This document shows positions 1 through 8,223 of a stretch of 64,000 nucleotides of DNA, piece after piece (the first letter of the stretch is position 1; each line of letters begins with the position of its first letter). A program made the translations under genes and the position numbers. The notes under the pieces are model-generated. The model saw nothing but the letters and a program-made list of their open reading frames with translations. It ran no database searches and was not told the origin of the DNA. This stretch comes from an uncultured virus (IMG/VR IMGVR_UViG_3300032268_000759) (taxonomy: Duplodnaviria > Heunggongvirae > Uroviricota > Caudoviricetes), in IMG/VR virus record IMGVR_UViG_3300032268_000759, positions 64,001 to 128,000 of that record; one strand, 5' to 3'.

Positions 1-1
1 T

Positions 2-55
2 AAAGGTGTTCGGGCATTTAAATTAAAAAGTGGACCATTTAATGCTAATGTATAA
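2..55 (+). CDS. 3' end of an upstream gene (partial, KGVRAFKLKSGPFNANV*)
   Basis: Open frame from the window edge ending in a TAA that overlaps the next ATG (TAATG). Confidence 0.5.
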   Translation, partial: KGVRAFKLKSGPFNANV

Positions 56-1005
56 TGAATTTACAAAAACTAGTTAAAGAAGTATTAGATGAACAAAAAG
101 TAAAACGTGATAGATGTTTACGTATTGCTGACCGTAAGTTTGATAAACCATCAGCTTATAAATCAGGTGCTGTTGTTCGTTGTCGTCAAGGAGATATTTG
201 GAAAGGTATTAAAGAAGATGCTCATACTGTCACTGAAATTTATGATCAAAATATTATTAATCAAATATTTCAATCTAATTCTGAATTAGCAAGTGTAGGC
301 ACACCTCAACAATACTCTCAATATTTAGATACTATATTTCCTAGTAGTAAAGTAAAAGATATTGTTTATCATGGTACTAATGCTAATGATATTGAAGGTG
401 GTAGGTTAAGATTAAGTAAGGAAGGTGTGTATGGAGAAGGAATTTATGTTCAAACAAATAAAGAATTTACAGGAACATTTGGTTCAAATACACTTTCACT
501 TATTATAGATACTAAAAAATCTTTTTCATTCTATGATAATGATGGCAAACCAAATAAACTATGGTTAACAATTCGTGATAAATACGCGAATATTAAAAAG
601 TTTTATTGGGCTGATATTGCCAAAGAAGAATTTAGAGATGAAATTAAAAAGTTAGGTTATGATTCTATTAAGACAGAAGAAGGTGGTGGTAATGCATACT
701 ATATCCTATTCAATCCAGAACAAATATATATATTAGGCTCTAAACAAGATATTGAAGGATTTAAAAAATCCATTAATAGATTAACTGAAGCTGAAAAAGA
801 AACATTACGAGGTTGGTTTAAACGTTCTGGTCCTAAAGGTAAAGAAGGTGGATGGGTAGATTGCAATGCACCTGATGGAAAAGGAGGATATAAAGCATGT
901 GGTAGAAAAAAAGGTGAAAAACGAGCTAAATATCCATCATGTCGTCCAACACCATCAGCATGTAAACAACCAGGCAAAGGTAAAAAGTGGGGGAAAACAA
1001 AATGA
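55..1005 (+). CDS. Modular putative head-internal protein with central ADP-ribosyltransferase-like domain
   Basis: YHGT...GVYGEGIY...GYDSI...ILFNPEQI resembles the H-Y-x ART fold; flanked by small basic Cys-containing modules; boundaries at VLDE, VTE, LTE. Confidence 0.6.
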   Translation: MNLQKLVKEVLDEQKVKRDRCLRIADRKFDKPSAYKSGAVVRCRQGDIWKGIKEDAHTVTEIYDQNIINQIFQSNSELASVGTPQQYSQYLDTIFPSSKVKDIVYHGTNANDIEGGRLRLSKEGVYGEGIYVQTNKEFTGTFGSNTLSLIIDTKKSFSFYDNDGKPNKLWLTIRDKYANIKKFYWADIAKEEFRDEIKKLGYDSIKTEEGGGNAYYILFNPEQIYILGSKQDIEGFKKSINRLTEAEKETLRGWFKRSGPKGKEGGWVDCNAPDGKGGYKACGRKKGEKRAKYPSCRPTPSACKQPGKGKKWGKTK

Positions 1006-1640
1006 TTAAATTAATAGATATATTAAATGAAGTATTATCTGAAAATGATCCTAAAACAGGTACAGGTAAAAAACCTAAAGGATCAGGACGTCGTTTATAT
1101 ACAGATGAAGATCCTAAAGATACTGTATCTATTAAATTTAAAACTAAAGAAGATATAGTTAATACTTTAAATAAGAAATCATTTAAATCTAAACCTCATA
1201 ATCGTCAATCTCAAATTATTAATGTAATTCATCAACGAGTAAGAGCAGCATACAATAAAGCAAAAGAACCTGAAGTAAAATCTAGATTAAAACGTGCTTT
1301 AGATTATATTGAAAAACGTAAAGAAGCTTCTAAAAAGAAAACAGAACGTTTAAATAAATTAAAAGAAACACCAGATCCACAATCTGGCAAAGCAGCACCT
1401 TATGGTTCAGGATATGCTCCTATTAAAGAATTAGTAACAGACACAGAAGTTATTTGTGATAATTGTGGATGGGAATGGGATATAGCAGATGGTGGAGATG
1501 ATTTATATATTTGTCATAAATGTGGTCATGATAATACTCCAAAACAATTAAATGAAAAATGTTGGAAAGGATATACTCAAAAAGGTATGAAAACAATGTT
1601 TGGTAAAAAATATCCAAATTGTGTAAAAAATAAAAAATAA
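1002..1640 (+). CDS. Modular putative head-internal protein (basic module, CxxC..CxxC zinc ribbon, CWKGY..NCV module)
   Basis: Start moved to ATG 1002 (ATGA overlap); MIKLIDILNE leader; modules separated by LSE, LKE, IKE, LNE. Confidence 0.6.
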   Translation: MIKLIDILNEVLSENDPKTGTGKKPKGSGRRLYTDEDPKDTVSIKFKTKEDIVNTLNKKSFKSKPHNRQSQIINVIHQRVRAAYNKAKEPEVKSRLKRALDYIEKRKEASKKKTERLNKLKETPDPQSGKAAPYGSGYAPIKELVTDTEVICDNCGWEWDIADGGDDLYICHKCGHDNTPKQLNEKCWKGYTQKGMKTMFGKKYPNCVKNKK

Positions 1641-1643
1641 CTT

Positions 1644-1961
1644 ATGATAAAACTTATTAACTTATTAACTGAAGCTAAGGAAAGCTTTGAAACATTTGCT
1701 ACAAAACGTTTAGCAGGTGCTGAAAAAATAGCTGACACCACTCAAGAAGCAGGTGGATTATCTTTATTAACTTATAAACACTATAAAGTTAAATTACCAT
1801 ATTATAAAAAAGCAGCAGCTGGTAAATTAGATAAAGATACTGCTAAAAAGGAATTTGAAGAAACTTTAAAAAGTATATCTTTAGGTATGACCCAAACTCA
1901 ATTCCAAATAGAAGTTGGACGTTTAGAAGTATTAGGTGAATTATTAATAGAAAATAAATAA
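1644..1961 (+). CDS. Hypothetical protein with MIKLINLLTE leader
   Basis: Tightly packed ORF; leader nearly identical to that of the previous gene. Confidence 0.7.
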   Translation: MIKLINLLTEAKESFETFATKRLAGAEKIADTTQEAGGLSLLTYKHYKVKLPYYKKAAAGKLDKDTAKKEFEETLKSISLGMTQTQFQIEVGRLEVLGELLIENK

Positions 1962-1962
1962 T

Positions 1963-2586
1963 ATGTTAAATGTTGATATTCCAAGTTTTAAAGCTTTAGT
2001 TCGCAAATCATACTTTACAAAAAATTCAAAAGATACTGAGATTTTTTTAAATGTGTATGTTTTTGGAGCCCAATCTACATCTGGAAAAATATTAACCTTT
2101 CATGTTATGACTGATGATGGAATGGTTCGTAATAGAGTTCCAATATCAGAAATATATACTAAAATTCCAAAAAATGATATTCCATTCCACTTTAAACAAT
2201 TATGGGATTGTTTCTCTGAAAATGTAGCTATTATAGCTTATGATTTTTTAGCATATCATAAAGCACAAATTGTTTTAAAAGATGGAAGTAAAGTTTGGGG
2301 AAATTATATGTTTACTGTAGATTGGTTTAATAATCCACACAGTGATGAACCTTCAGATTATAAATGTGGTCATATATTTAAAGCTAGTGATGGTTATTTA
2401 TTATGTCAACCTAACAATAGAATATTTTGGAAAGATTCAAATTGGGTAACTAAAAAATTACCTGAAGATCTAAAACAATTTAAAGTAGATACTGAATTAC
2501 CATCAGTTGAAAATCAATCTGATAGATGGGTAACTGAGGATAGTGATTCATTTTATTATAATATGATTAATACTGAAAGTAAATGA
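1963..2586 (+). CDS. Hypothetical phage protein
   Basis: 207-aa ORF packed in the operon; no motif recognised. Confidence 0.7.
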   Translation: MLNVDIPSFKALVRKSYFTKNSKDTEIFLNVYVFGAQSTSGKILTFHVMTDDGMVRNRVPISEIYTKIPKNDIPFHFKQLWDCFSENVAIIAYDFLAYHKAQIVLKDGSKVWGNYMFTVDWFNNPHSDEPSDYKCGHIFKASDGYLLCQPNNRIFWKDSNWVTKKLPEDLKQFKVDTELPSVENQSDRWVTEDSDSFYYNMINTESK

Positions 2587-2843
2587 CCCCATACACAGAC
2601 ATAGAAGTAACAGATAAATATATTATTCGTGAATTTAACGAAAATATAGACCCAATAGAATTAATGTGGCATCGCGATGATGAGCATCGTACTGTTGAAA
2701 TATTAGGTGAAACAAATTGGAAACTACAACTTGATAATAAATTACCGACTTCTATAAATGAGCAAATATTTATTGAAAGACACCAATGGCACCGAGTTAT
2801 TAAAGGAACTGGAACATTAAAACTAAAAATACATAAATCATGA
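2583..2843 (+). CDS. Small cupin-like protein
   Basis: WHRD..H and WHRVIKG His motifs, beta-rich, 86 aa. Confidence 0.5.
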   Translation: MTPYTDIEVTDKYIIREFNENIDPIELMWHRDDEHRTVEILGETNWKLQLDNKLPTSINEQIFIERHQWHRVIKGTGTLKLKIHKS

Positions 2844-3235
2844 AACTATCAGATTTAAGAAAATTAATTAAAGAAGAATTAACTAATATAACTGGAATGC
2901 CAGTTGAAGAAGTAGCTCACAAATTAGAAAAAGATGAGTTAGGTAAATTCTATGTGGTAACAAAACCCACAGATATGAAAGATGAGAATATGATTGAAAC
3001 TAATATTCTTGAATTTGCTAAGAAAATTAAATCAGGTGAAATAGATGAAGCTCGAATCATGGGTGTATATGAAAAATCAGGTTCAGCTAAAACTAGAGCT
3101 AAAGAATTAATGAAAGAAATTGAAGATGAATTAAACGAACTTCAATTAACTATGGATGAATATAGAACTAAAAAATCAGAAATAGAAGAGAAAAAAGCAA
3201 AAGCAGCAGAAATTATTAAAAAATATAAAAAATAA
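2840..3235 (+). CDS. Hypothetical protein with MKLSDLRKLIKEEL leader and C-terminal coiled coil
   Basis: ORF with overlapping start and stop codons. Confidence 0.7.
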   Translation: MKLSDLRKLIKEELTNITGMPVEEVAHKLEKDELGKFYVVTKPTDMKDENMIETNILEFAKKIKSGEIDEARIMGVYEKSGSAKTRAKELMKEIEDELNELQLTMDEYRTKKSEIEEKKAKAAEIIKKYKK

Positions 3236-4569
3236 TGAAATTAACTGATATATATAAAGCTATTAAGGAAAAAATGAGTGAAGAAGATATTCTTGCTACA
3301 TTAAAAAAACAATTAGATCCTAAAAGTACAGTTAAAGTAAATAAACCTGTAGTTAAGCCAAATATTATCTATACTGATAAAGCAAATGAAGAAGTAGCTG
3401 AAGCCTATAGACAATACAATGAAGAAGCTGTTGATCTTGATAAGGAAATAATTGACAATACTACTGGAAGACCAATTGTAACATATATCCTTCCAAAAAA
3501 TGGTGATGGTTCATATAATGTTATTTATAATGATGCTACTACAGGTGTGATATATGTAAGTAATGATGCTTGGGATGAAATTAATAATTTAAATCAACCA
3601 AATATGAATGAAGATGAGACAGAAGAATTATCTGAAGCATATGTCCCTGATAATATTAAGAAGTTTGCAAAACAAAAAGGTGCTAGCTCATTAGTAAACA
3701 AAATAGCAGGTTGGGCTGAAAAAGCTGGCAAAGGTATTCGTGGTGGAACAGCAATTGGAAAAAATTATAGTACTCTTATTTTAGATTTATCATATCAAGA
3801 CGGAGCTATTCGTATTAATCTTGATGACTATACAATTGAATTATATGGTGAAGAAGTTAACAGCTTTAATGAATTCAAATCAGTTTTAGCAAAAGAACCA
3901 ATGGATAAAATGGATATGAATGAAGAATTCACACGTATACAAAAATTAGCAGGTGTAATCACAGAAAGTCAATATAAAGAAAAATTAAATGAAATAACTA
4001 TGAAAAAACAAATTTTAAATGAAGAATTCAAACGCATGCAAAAACTAGCAGGCATTATTAATGAAAATCAAATCAATGAAGTTGAAGTAGATAAAGAAAA
4101 ACTAATGCCTATATTTGATGAAGTATTTAATGATAAAATACAAGACTATTCATCACTAGTAGGTACAGATCCTATTTATGATGGTTTAAATAATGTGATC
4201 AAAGATCCAAGTGTTAAACAAGCAATATTTGATTGGGCTTATTTAATAACAACTGAGGATGAAGATGACGAAGAAGAAGTAATAGATATGTTTGGAGGTT
4301 ATGTTAGTGATGGTGTTGATTATAAAATCATGAAAACTTTTACCCCTCAATTAGCTAAAAACTTAATAAAAGCAGGATTTACTTATGATAAAGATGAGGA
4401 TATATGGACTATCCCTCAACCATACTTAGATAAAATAGATAGTTCATTTAACTACTCAGATGGCGCTACATCTTATGGTATTATTTGGGATGTTTGGGGT
4501 GTAGATTATGATACAAGTCCTAGAGAAAATATAGGCTCTTATTTAGAAGACGCTGCCCAAGAATTATAA
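3235..4569 (+). CDS. Acidic modular putative head-internal protein with two RxQKLAG[IV]I motifs
   Basis: 444-aa ORF; motif shared with the C-terminus of the scaffold protein; many (I/L/M)-x-E sites. Confidence 0.65.
   Translation: MKLTDIYKAIKEKMSEEDILATLKKQLDPKSTVKVNKPVVKPNIIYTDKANEEVAEAYRQYNEEAVDLDKEIIDNTTGRPIVTYILPKNGDGSYNVIYNDATTGVIYVSNDAWDEINNLNQPNMNEDETEELSEAYVPDNIKKFAKQKGASSLVNKIAGWAEKAGKGIRGGTAIGKNYSTLILDLSYQDGAIRINLDDYTIELYGEEVNSFNEFKSVLAKEPMDKMDMNEEFTRIQKLAGVITESQYKEKLNEITMKKQILNEEFKRMQKLAGIINENQINEVEVDKEKLMPIFDEVFNDKIQDYSSLVGTDPIYDGLNNVIKDPSVKQAIFDWAYLITTEDEDDEEEVIDMFGGYVSDGVDYKIMKTFTPQLAKNLIKAGFTYDKDEDIWTIPQPYLDKIDSSFNYSDGATSYGIIWDVWGVDYDTSPRENIGSYLEDAAQEL
3919..4065 (+). repeat. 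Two imperfect 48-bp direct repeats encoding NEEFxRxQKLAG[VI]IxE
   Basis: 3919-3966 versus 4018-4065. Confidence 0.85.
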
Positions 4570-4575
4570 TATATA

Positions 4576-4651
4576 GACCGATTCATAGCCGGTCGCTCTA
4601 ACAAGAGATAAAATAATATGGAGCTGTGGCCCACCCTAAAAGGTGGGCCAC
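4576..4651 (+). ncRNA. Candidate structured RNA (multi-hairpin, possible pseudoknot)
   Basis: GACCG/CGGTC stem, CTCT/AGAG stem and a perfect 10-bp GTGGCCCACC/GGTGGGCCAC stem; GC-rich in an AT-rich genome. Confidence 0.5.
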
Positions 4652-4656
4652 CTTAG

Positions 4657-4688
4657 TTTGTACTTTATAGATAAAAATATTATATTAA
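4657..4688 (+). promoter_or_regulatory. Bacteroidota-type promoter
   Basis: TTTG-N20-TATATTAA. Confidence 0.6.
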
Positions 4689-4694
4689 TAGCAT

Positions 4695-6008
4695 ATGAAT
4701 AAGAAAATTGTAATTGTAGGTAGTGGAGTAGCAGGTATTAGTGCTGCATTAAAATTAGTAGATAATAACTACCTAGGAGAGTTAATTACCATTATAGATA
4801 AAGGTAATGATCCTTATGTTCGTAAACCAGAAGAAGTAATGACAGGATTCGCTGGGGCTGGAGGATTCTCAGATGGTAAACTTACTTATCATACTTCAAT
4901 TGGTGGTCAATTAAGTAAATATTGTGGTGAAGAAAAAGCTTATGATTTAATGGATCAATCTATTGAAATGTGGAAACGTTTCCACCCGGATCCATCTAAA
5001 ATAATGTACTCAAATCCACAATCTGAACCGGATTTTATTAAACCTCATTTTGGTCTTCGTTTATTCCCAGTTTACCATATTGGTACAGATTATTTACACG
5101 AAATAGGAAAAACATGGTATCAATATTTAGTTGATAAAGGTGTTAAATTTGAATGGAGAGCAGAAGTTAAAACTATAGATTTTAATAACAATACAATTAA
5201 AATTGTAAATGTAGATCATACTGAATTACAAGCGAGTATATCATATGATAAACTTGTATTCGCAGTAGGTAAATCAGGTATTGACTTTGGTAAAAAATTA
5301 GCTGATGAATATGAACTACCTACAGAAGCTAAATCAGTGCAAATAGGGGTCCGTTTTGAATCACCACAAAAATACTTTCAAAAATTAATTGATATTAGTT
5401 ATGATTTTAAATTATATCAAAAGTTTGATAATGTGTCATTACGTTCATTTTGTACTAATAATAACGCAGCTTATGTAGCGGTAGAAGAAACATATGGTGA
5501 TGTCACATATAATGGTCATGCTAAAAAAGGTGAAGAGTTTAGAAATGATATGACTAACTTTGGTATATTAATGGAAATTAAAGGTATTGAAAATCCATTT
5601 GAATGGTCACGTCATGTAGTAGGACAATTACAAGTTGATGGTAAAGGATTATATTACTCACCAAACAAAACACGTAAACCAGGTATAACATCAGAAGGAA
5701 CAATTGTATCAGCATATCAAATAGATGATTTAGAAGAATTTGATGAAGTATTAGGTGAATACGCAAATTATATTATTAATTTTATTGATAATATGGATGA
5801 AGTATTTGGATTTGGTGATGACTGGGGTATGTATTTACCAGAAGTAAAGTATCTATCACCTGAACCATTAGTAAATTATACTAACTTAGCATTAAATGAA
5901 TTTCCAAATGTATATTTTGTTGGAGATGCATTGAGTGCTCGTGGTATTACTGTTTCAGGAGCGCATGGGATATATGTTGCTGAATATTTATTATCAAATA
6001 ACAACTAA
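4695..6008 (+). CDS. NAD(P)/FAD-dependent oxidoreductase
   Basis: N-terminal Rossmann motif VIVGSGVAG, GAGGFSDGK and C-terminal YFVGD FAD motif. Confidence 0.85.
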   Translation: MNKKIVIVGSGVAGISAALKLVDNNYLGELITIIDKGNDPYVRKPEEVMTGFAGAGGFSDGKLTYHTSIGGQLSKYCGEEKAYDLMDQSIEMWKRFHPDPSKIMYSNPQSEPDFIKPHFGLRLFPVYHIGTDYLHEIGKTWYQYLVDKGVKFEWRAEVKTIDFNNNTIKIVNVDHTELQASISYDKLVFAVGKSGIDFGKKLADEYELPTEAKSVQIGVRFESPQKYFQKLIDISYDFKLYQKFDNVSLRSFCTNNNAAYVAVEETYGDVTYNGHAKKGEEFRNDMTNFGILMEIKGIENPFEWSRHVVGQLQVDGKGLYYSPNKTRKPGITSEGTIVSAYQIDDLEEFDEVLGEYANYIINFIDNMDEVFGFGDDWGMYLPEVKYLSPEPLVNYTNLALNEFPNVYFVGDALSARGITVSGAHGIYVAEYLLSNNN

Positions 6009-6508
6009 TGGCAAAAATAGTATTACTAAGTTGTACTAAATCAAAACTTGACAAACCATCTCCTGCACAGGAGTTATACTCTGCCTCTCCAATGTTTCAA
6101 AAGACATTGGAATATGGTAAAGCTCTTAAGCCTGATAAAATGTACATACTGTCAGCAAAACACCATCTTGTACCTTTACAAAAGGAACTAGCTCCATATG
6201 ATAAAACATTAAAGGAAATGCCTAAAGATGAAAAAGAAAAATGGGGAGAAGAAACAGTAAAACAAATGAAATCAGCAGGTATTAATCTTGAAAAAGATAA
6301 GTTTGTATTTTTAACTGGAGCAGAATATATGAAACCATTTACAGAATATATTCCAGAAGAAAATATTGAAAAACCAATGGAAGGAAAACGTTTTGGTGAA
6401 CGTTTAAGCTGGTTAAATAGTCAAATTAATAAAATAAGTGAAATAATTAATAAAATCAAAAATATAATTTATGAAGAAGTCAAAAAAGCAGCTAGAAGAA
6501 TATATTAA
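6008..6508 (+). CDS. DUF6884-like protein
   Basis: LLSCTKSK...AQELY..S..F...YILSAKHHL...PYDKTL pattern. Confidence 0.6.
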   Translation: MAKIVLLSCTKSKLDKPSPAQELYSASPMFQKTLEYGKALKPDKMYILSAKHHLVPLQKELAPYDKTLKEMPKDEKEKWGEETVKQMKSAGINLEKDKFVFLTGAEYMKPFTEYIPEENIEKPMEGKRFGERLSWLNSQINKISEIINKIKNIIYEEVKKAARRIY

Positions 6509-6713
6509 GCTGTATCTTAATGATGTTGAAGATTATGGTGATGAAGATAAATTTAATATCATCGCTGAACAGACATTATCTCGTTTAAGTAATAACTTAA
6601 TAACAGAGGGTGAGTTTGATATTAATCAAATATTAAACGAAGCAATAAGTAAAGCCCAAACTAAATCAAAAATAGTATTGGAAGATTTTCGTATTTATAT
6701 TGAAAATATTTAA
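6471..6713 (+). CDS. Hypothetical protein
   Basis: 80-aa ORF followed by a hairpin. Confidence 0.6.
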   Translation: MKKSKKQLEEYIKLYLNDVEDYGDEDKFNIIAEQTLSRLSNNLITEGEFDINQILNEAISKAQTKSKIVLEDFRIYIENI

Positions 6714-6719
6714 AACAAG

Positions 6720-6751
6720 TTTGGCTCCTTCGGGAGCCTTACTTATATTTA
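6720..6751 (+). promoter_or_regulatory. Bacteroidota-type promoter with a UUCG hairpin in its spacer
   Basis: TTTG-N20-TATATTTA; GGCTCC-TTCG-GGAGCC at 6723-6738. Confidence 0.65.
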
Positions 6752-6768
6752 TAATATAAATCAAAGTT

Positions 6769-7008
6769 ATGGACAAAACAGAATTTCCACAATCAAAGAA
6801 GTACACAAAGTCTGATGGTACAGTAATGTATCTATGGGACAAAAAGTTACATAACTGGGATGGGCCAGCATTAATACCTGAGGGCGAGAATAAACGTCGT
6901 GAATATTATTTATATGGTATTAAATATGATGAAAAAGAATGGAAGTTTCGTAAAAAACAATTAGTAGGATTGCCATTTTATAAGATGGCTGGAACAAAAA
7001 TGAGATAA
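6769..7008 (+). CDS. Hypothetical protein (LHNWDGPA motif)
   Basis: 79-aa ORF downstream of a promoter. Confidence 0.65.
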   Translation: MDKTEFPQSKKYTKSDGTVMYLWDKKLHNWDGPALIPEGENKRREYYLYGIKYDEKEWKFRKKQLVGLPFYKMAGTKMR

Positions 7009-7011
7009 TAT

Positions 7012-7536
7012 ATGAGAATTGGATTAACAGGAACAATGTCAGTTGGTAAAACAACACTTGTAAACACATTAAAAGAACTTGAGCAATTTAAAGAATATCA
7101 AACAGCAACAGAACGTAGTAAGTATCTAAATGAACTTGGTATACCATTAAATACTGATTCTACATTACCAGGACAATTTGTATTTATAGCTGAACGTGCT
7201 AGTGAATTACTTCAAGAAAATATTATCACTGATAGAACAATATATGATGTATGTGCTTTTACATTCAGTGCTCAATCTATTGAGTGGTCACATAAAGAAG
7301 CATTTGTAAAAGCAGCTATACCATTAGCAGCAATGTATGATATTATATTTTATATTTCACCTGAAGGAGTTGAACTAGAAGATAATGGTGTTAGAACAAC
7401 TGATCCTGATTATCGTATAAAAATTGATATGGTTATTCAAGCAATGTTAAATGAATATCCACCTAATAGATTGGTTAAAATATCAGGTACTACAGAAGAA
7501 CGTATTGAACAAATTAAAGAGGCACTTTCCCATTAA
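7012..7536 (+). CDS. P-loop nucleoside/nucleotide kinase-like ATPase (NadR/AAA_28-like)
   Basis: GTMSVGKTT Walker A; ITDRT..D; DNGVR. Confidence 0.75.
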   Translation: MRIGLTGTMSVGKTTLVNTLKELEQFKEYQTATERSKYLNELGIPLNTDSTLPGQFVFIAERASELLQENIITDRTIYDVCAFTFSAQSIEWSHKEAFVKAAIPLAAMYDIIFYISPEGVELEDNGVRTTDPDYRIKIDMVIQAMLNEYPPNRLVKISGTTEERIEQIKEALSH

Positions 7537-7543
7537 TATTTAT
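7536..7543 (+). promoter_or_regulatory. Putative late promoter motif ATATTTAT (first of at least 16 gene-boundary copies)
   Basis: Also at 10348, 12251, 13767, 18935, 19640, 23469, 27186, 32466, 34607, 35546, 37322, 37908, 38963, 41127 and 51909, each upstream of a start codon. Confidence 0.65.
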
Positions 7544-7558
7544 ATGTAAATAAACAAT

Positions 7559-8221
7559 ATGAGCAAAATAAATATCCGCCAAATCATTCAAGAAGAATTA
7601 AATATAGCATTAGATGAAATGGCTCGTGCTAAAGTAATTTACACACTTAAAGACAAATCATCACTAGAAAAAGTAGTAGATGCTGCTAAAGGTAATACTA
7701 AAATGGCACTACAGTATTTGTTAGATAAAGGTGAAATGGCTATATCTGACTTAGCTAAAGAACTTAAAAAAGATGCAGCTACATTTAACAATCCAGGTTT
7801 TAGAAAATTAATGTCAGATTTATCTGATAAAAATATAGTAAGTATCTCAGCTGGTACTCCAAGTATGTCTACTCCATCAGTTACTCCTGCCCCTAAAATG
7901 GCTAAAGTAAGTACACCAACAGATGGTGAAGAAGATTTTGAAAAAGAAATGCCATCAGATATTGATGTAATGGCTGGTGAAAAAGAATTTGGAGATGCTA
8001 CAGCAGATACATTAGGAGCAGAAGAAAAAGCTAAATTTGAAAAATTAAATACTGCTATTAGAAATAAAGTAGCTAAATTAGAAAAAATGTCTGTTAAAGA
8101 TAGAATTAAATCTCCTGATTTAGCAGTAGTGAAACAAATCATTAATAAACCTGAAGTTAAAAAACTATTTAGATCTAAAGGTATTGATGTAATGGATTTA
8201 GTTAGTAGTGTGATAGGTTAA
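7559..8221 (+). CDS. Hypothetical, putative head-internal protein (IRQIIQEEL leader)
   Basis: 220-aa ORF after a late motif; leader resembles that of 2840. Confidence 0.6.
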   Translation: MSKINIRQIIQEELNIALDEMARAKVIYTLKDKSSLEKVVDAAKGNTKMALQYLLDKGEMAISDLAKELKKDAATFNNPGFRKLMSDLSDKNIVSISAGTPSMSTPSVTPAPKMAKVSTPTDGEEDFEKEMPSDIDVMAGEKEFGDATADTLGAEEKAKFEKLNTAIRNKVAKLEKMSVKDRIKSPDLAVVKQIINKPEVKKLFRSKGIDVMDLVSSVIG

Positions 8222-8223
8222 TC

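Noticed and set aside
107-289. Short alternative-frame plus-strand ORFs nested in genes (107-289; also 47530-47790, 53948-54151)
   Set aside because: Fully overlapped by longer motif-bearing ORFs; no independent signals
4576-4651. Assignment to a known ribozyme or riboswitch (hammerhead, HDV-like, FMN, preQ1-I)
   Set aside because: Conserved core nucleotides were not recognisable by eye; kept only as an unassigned structured RNA candidate
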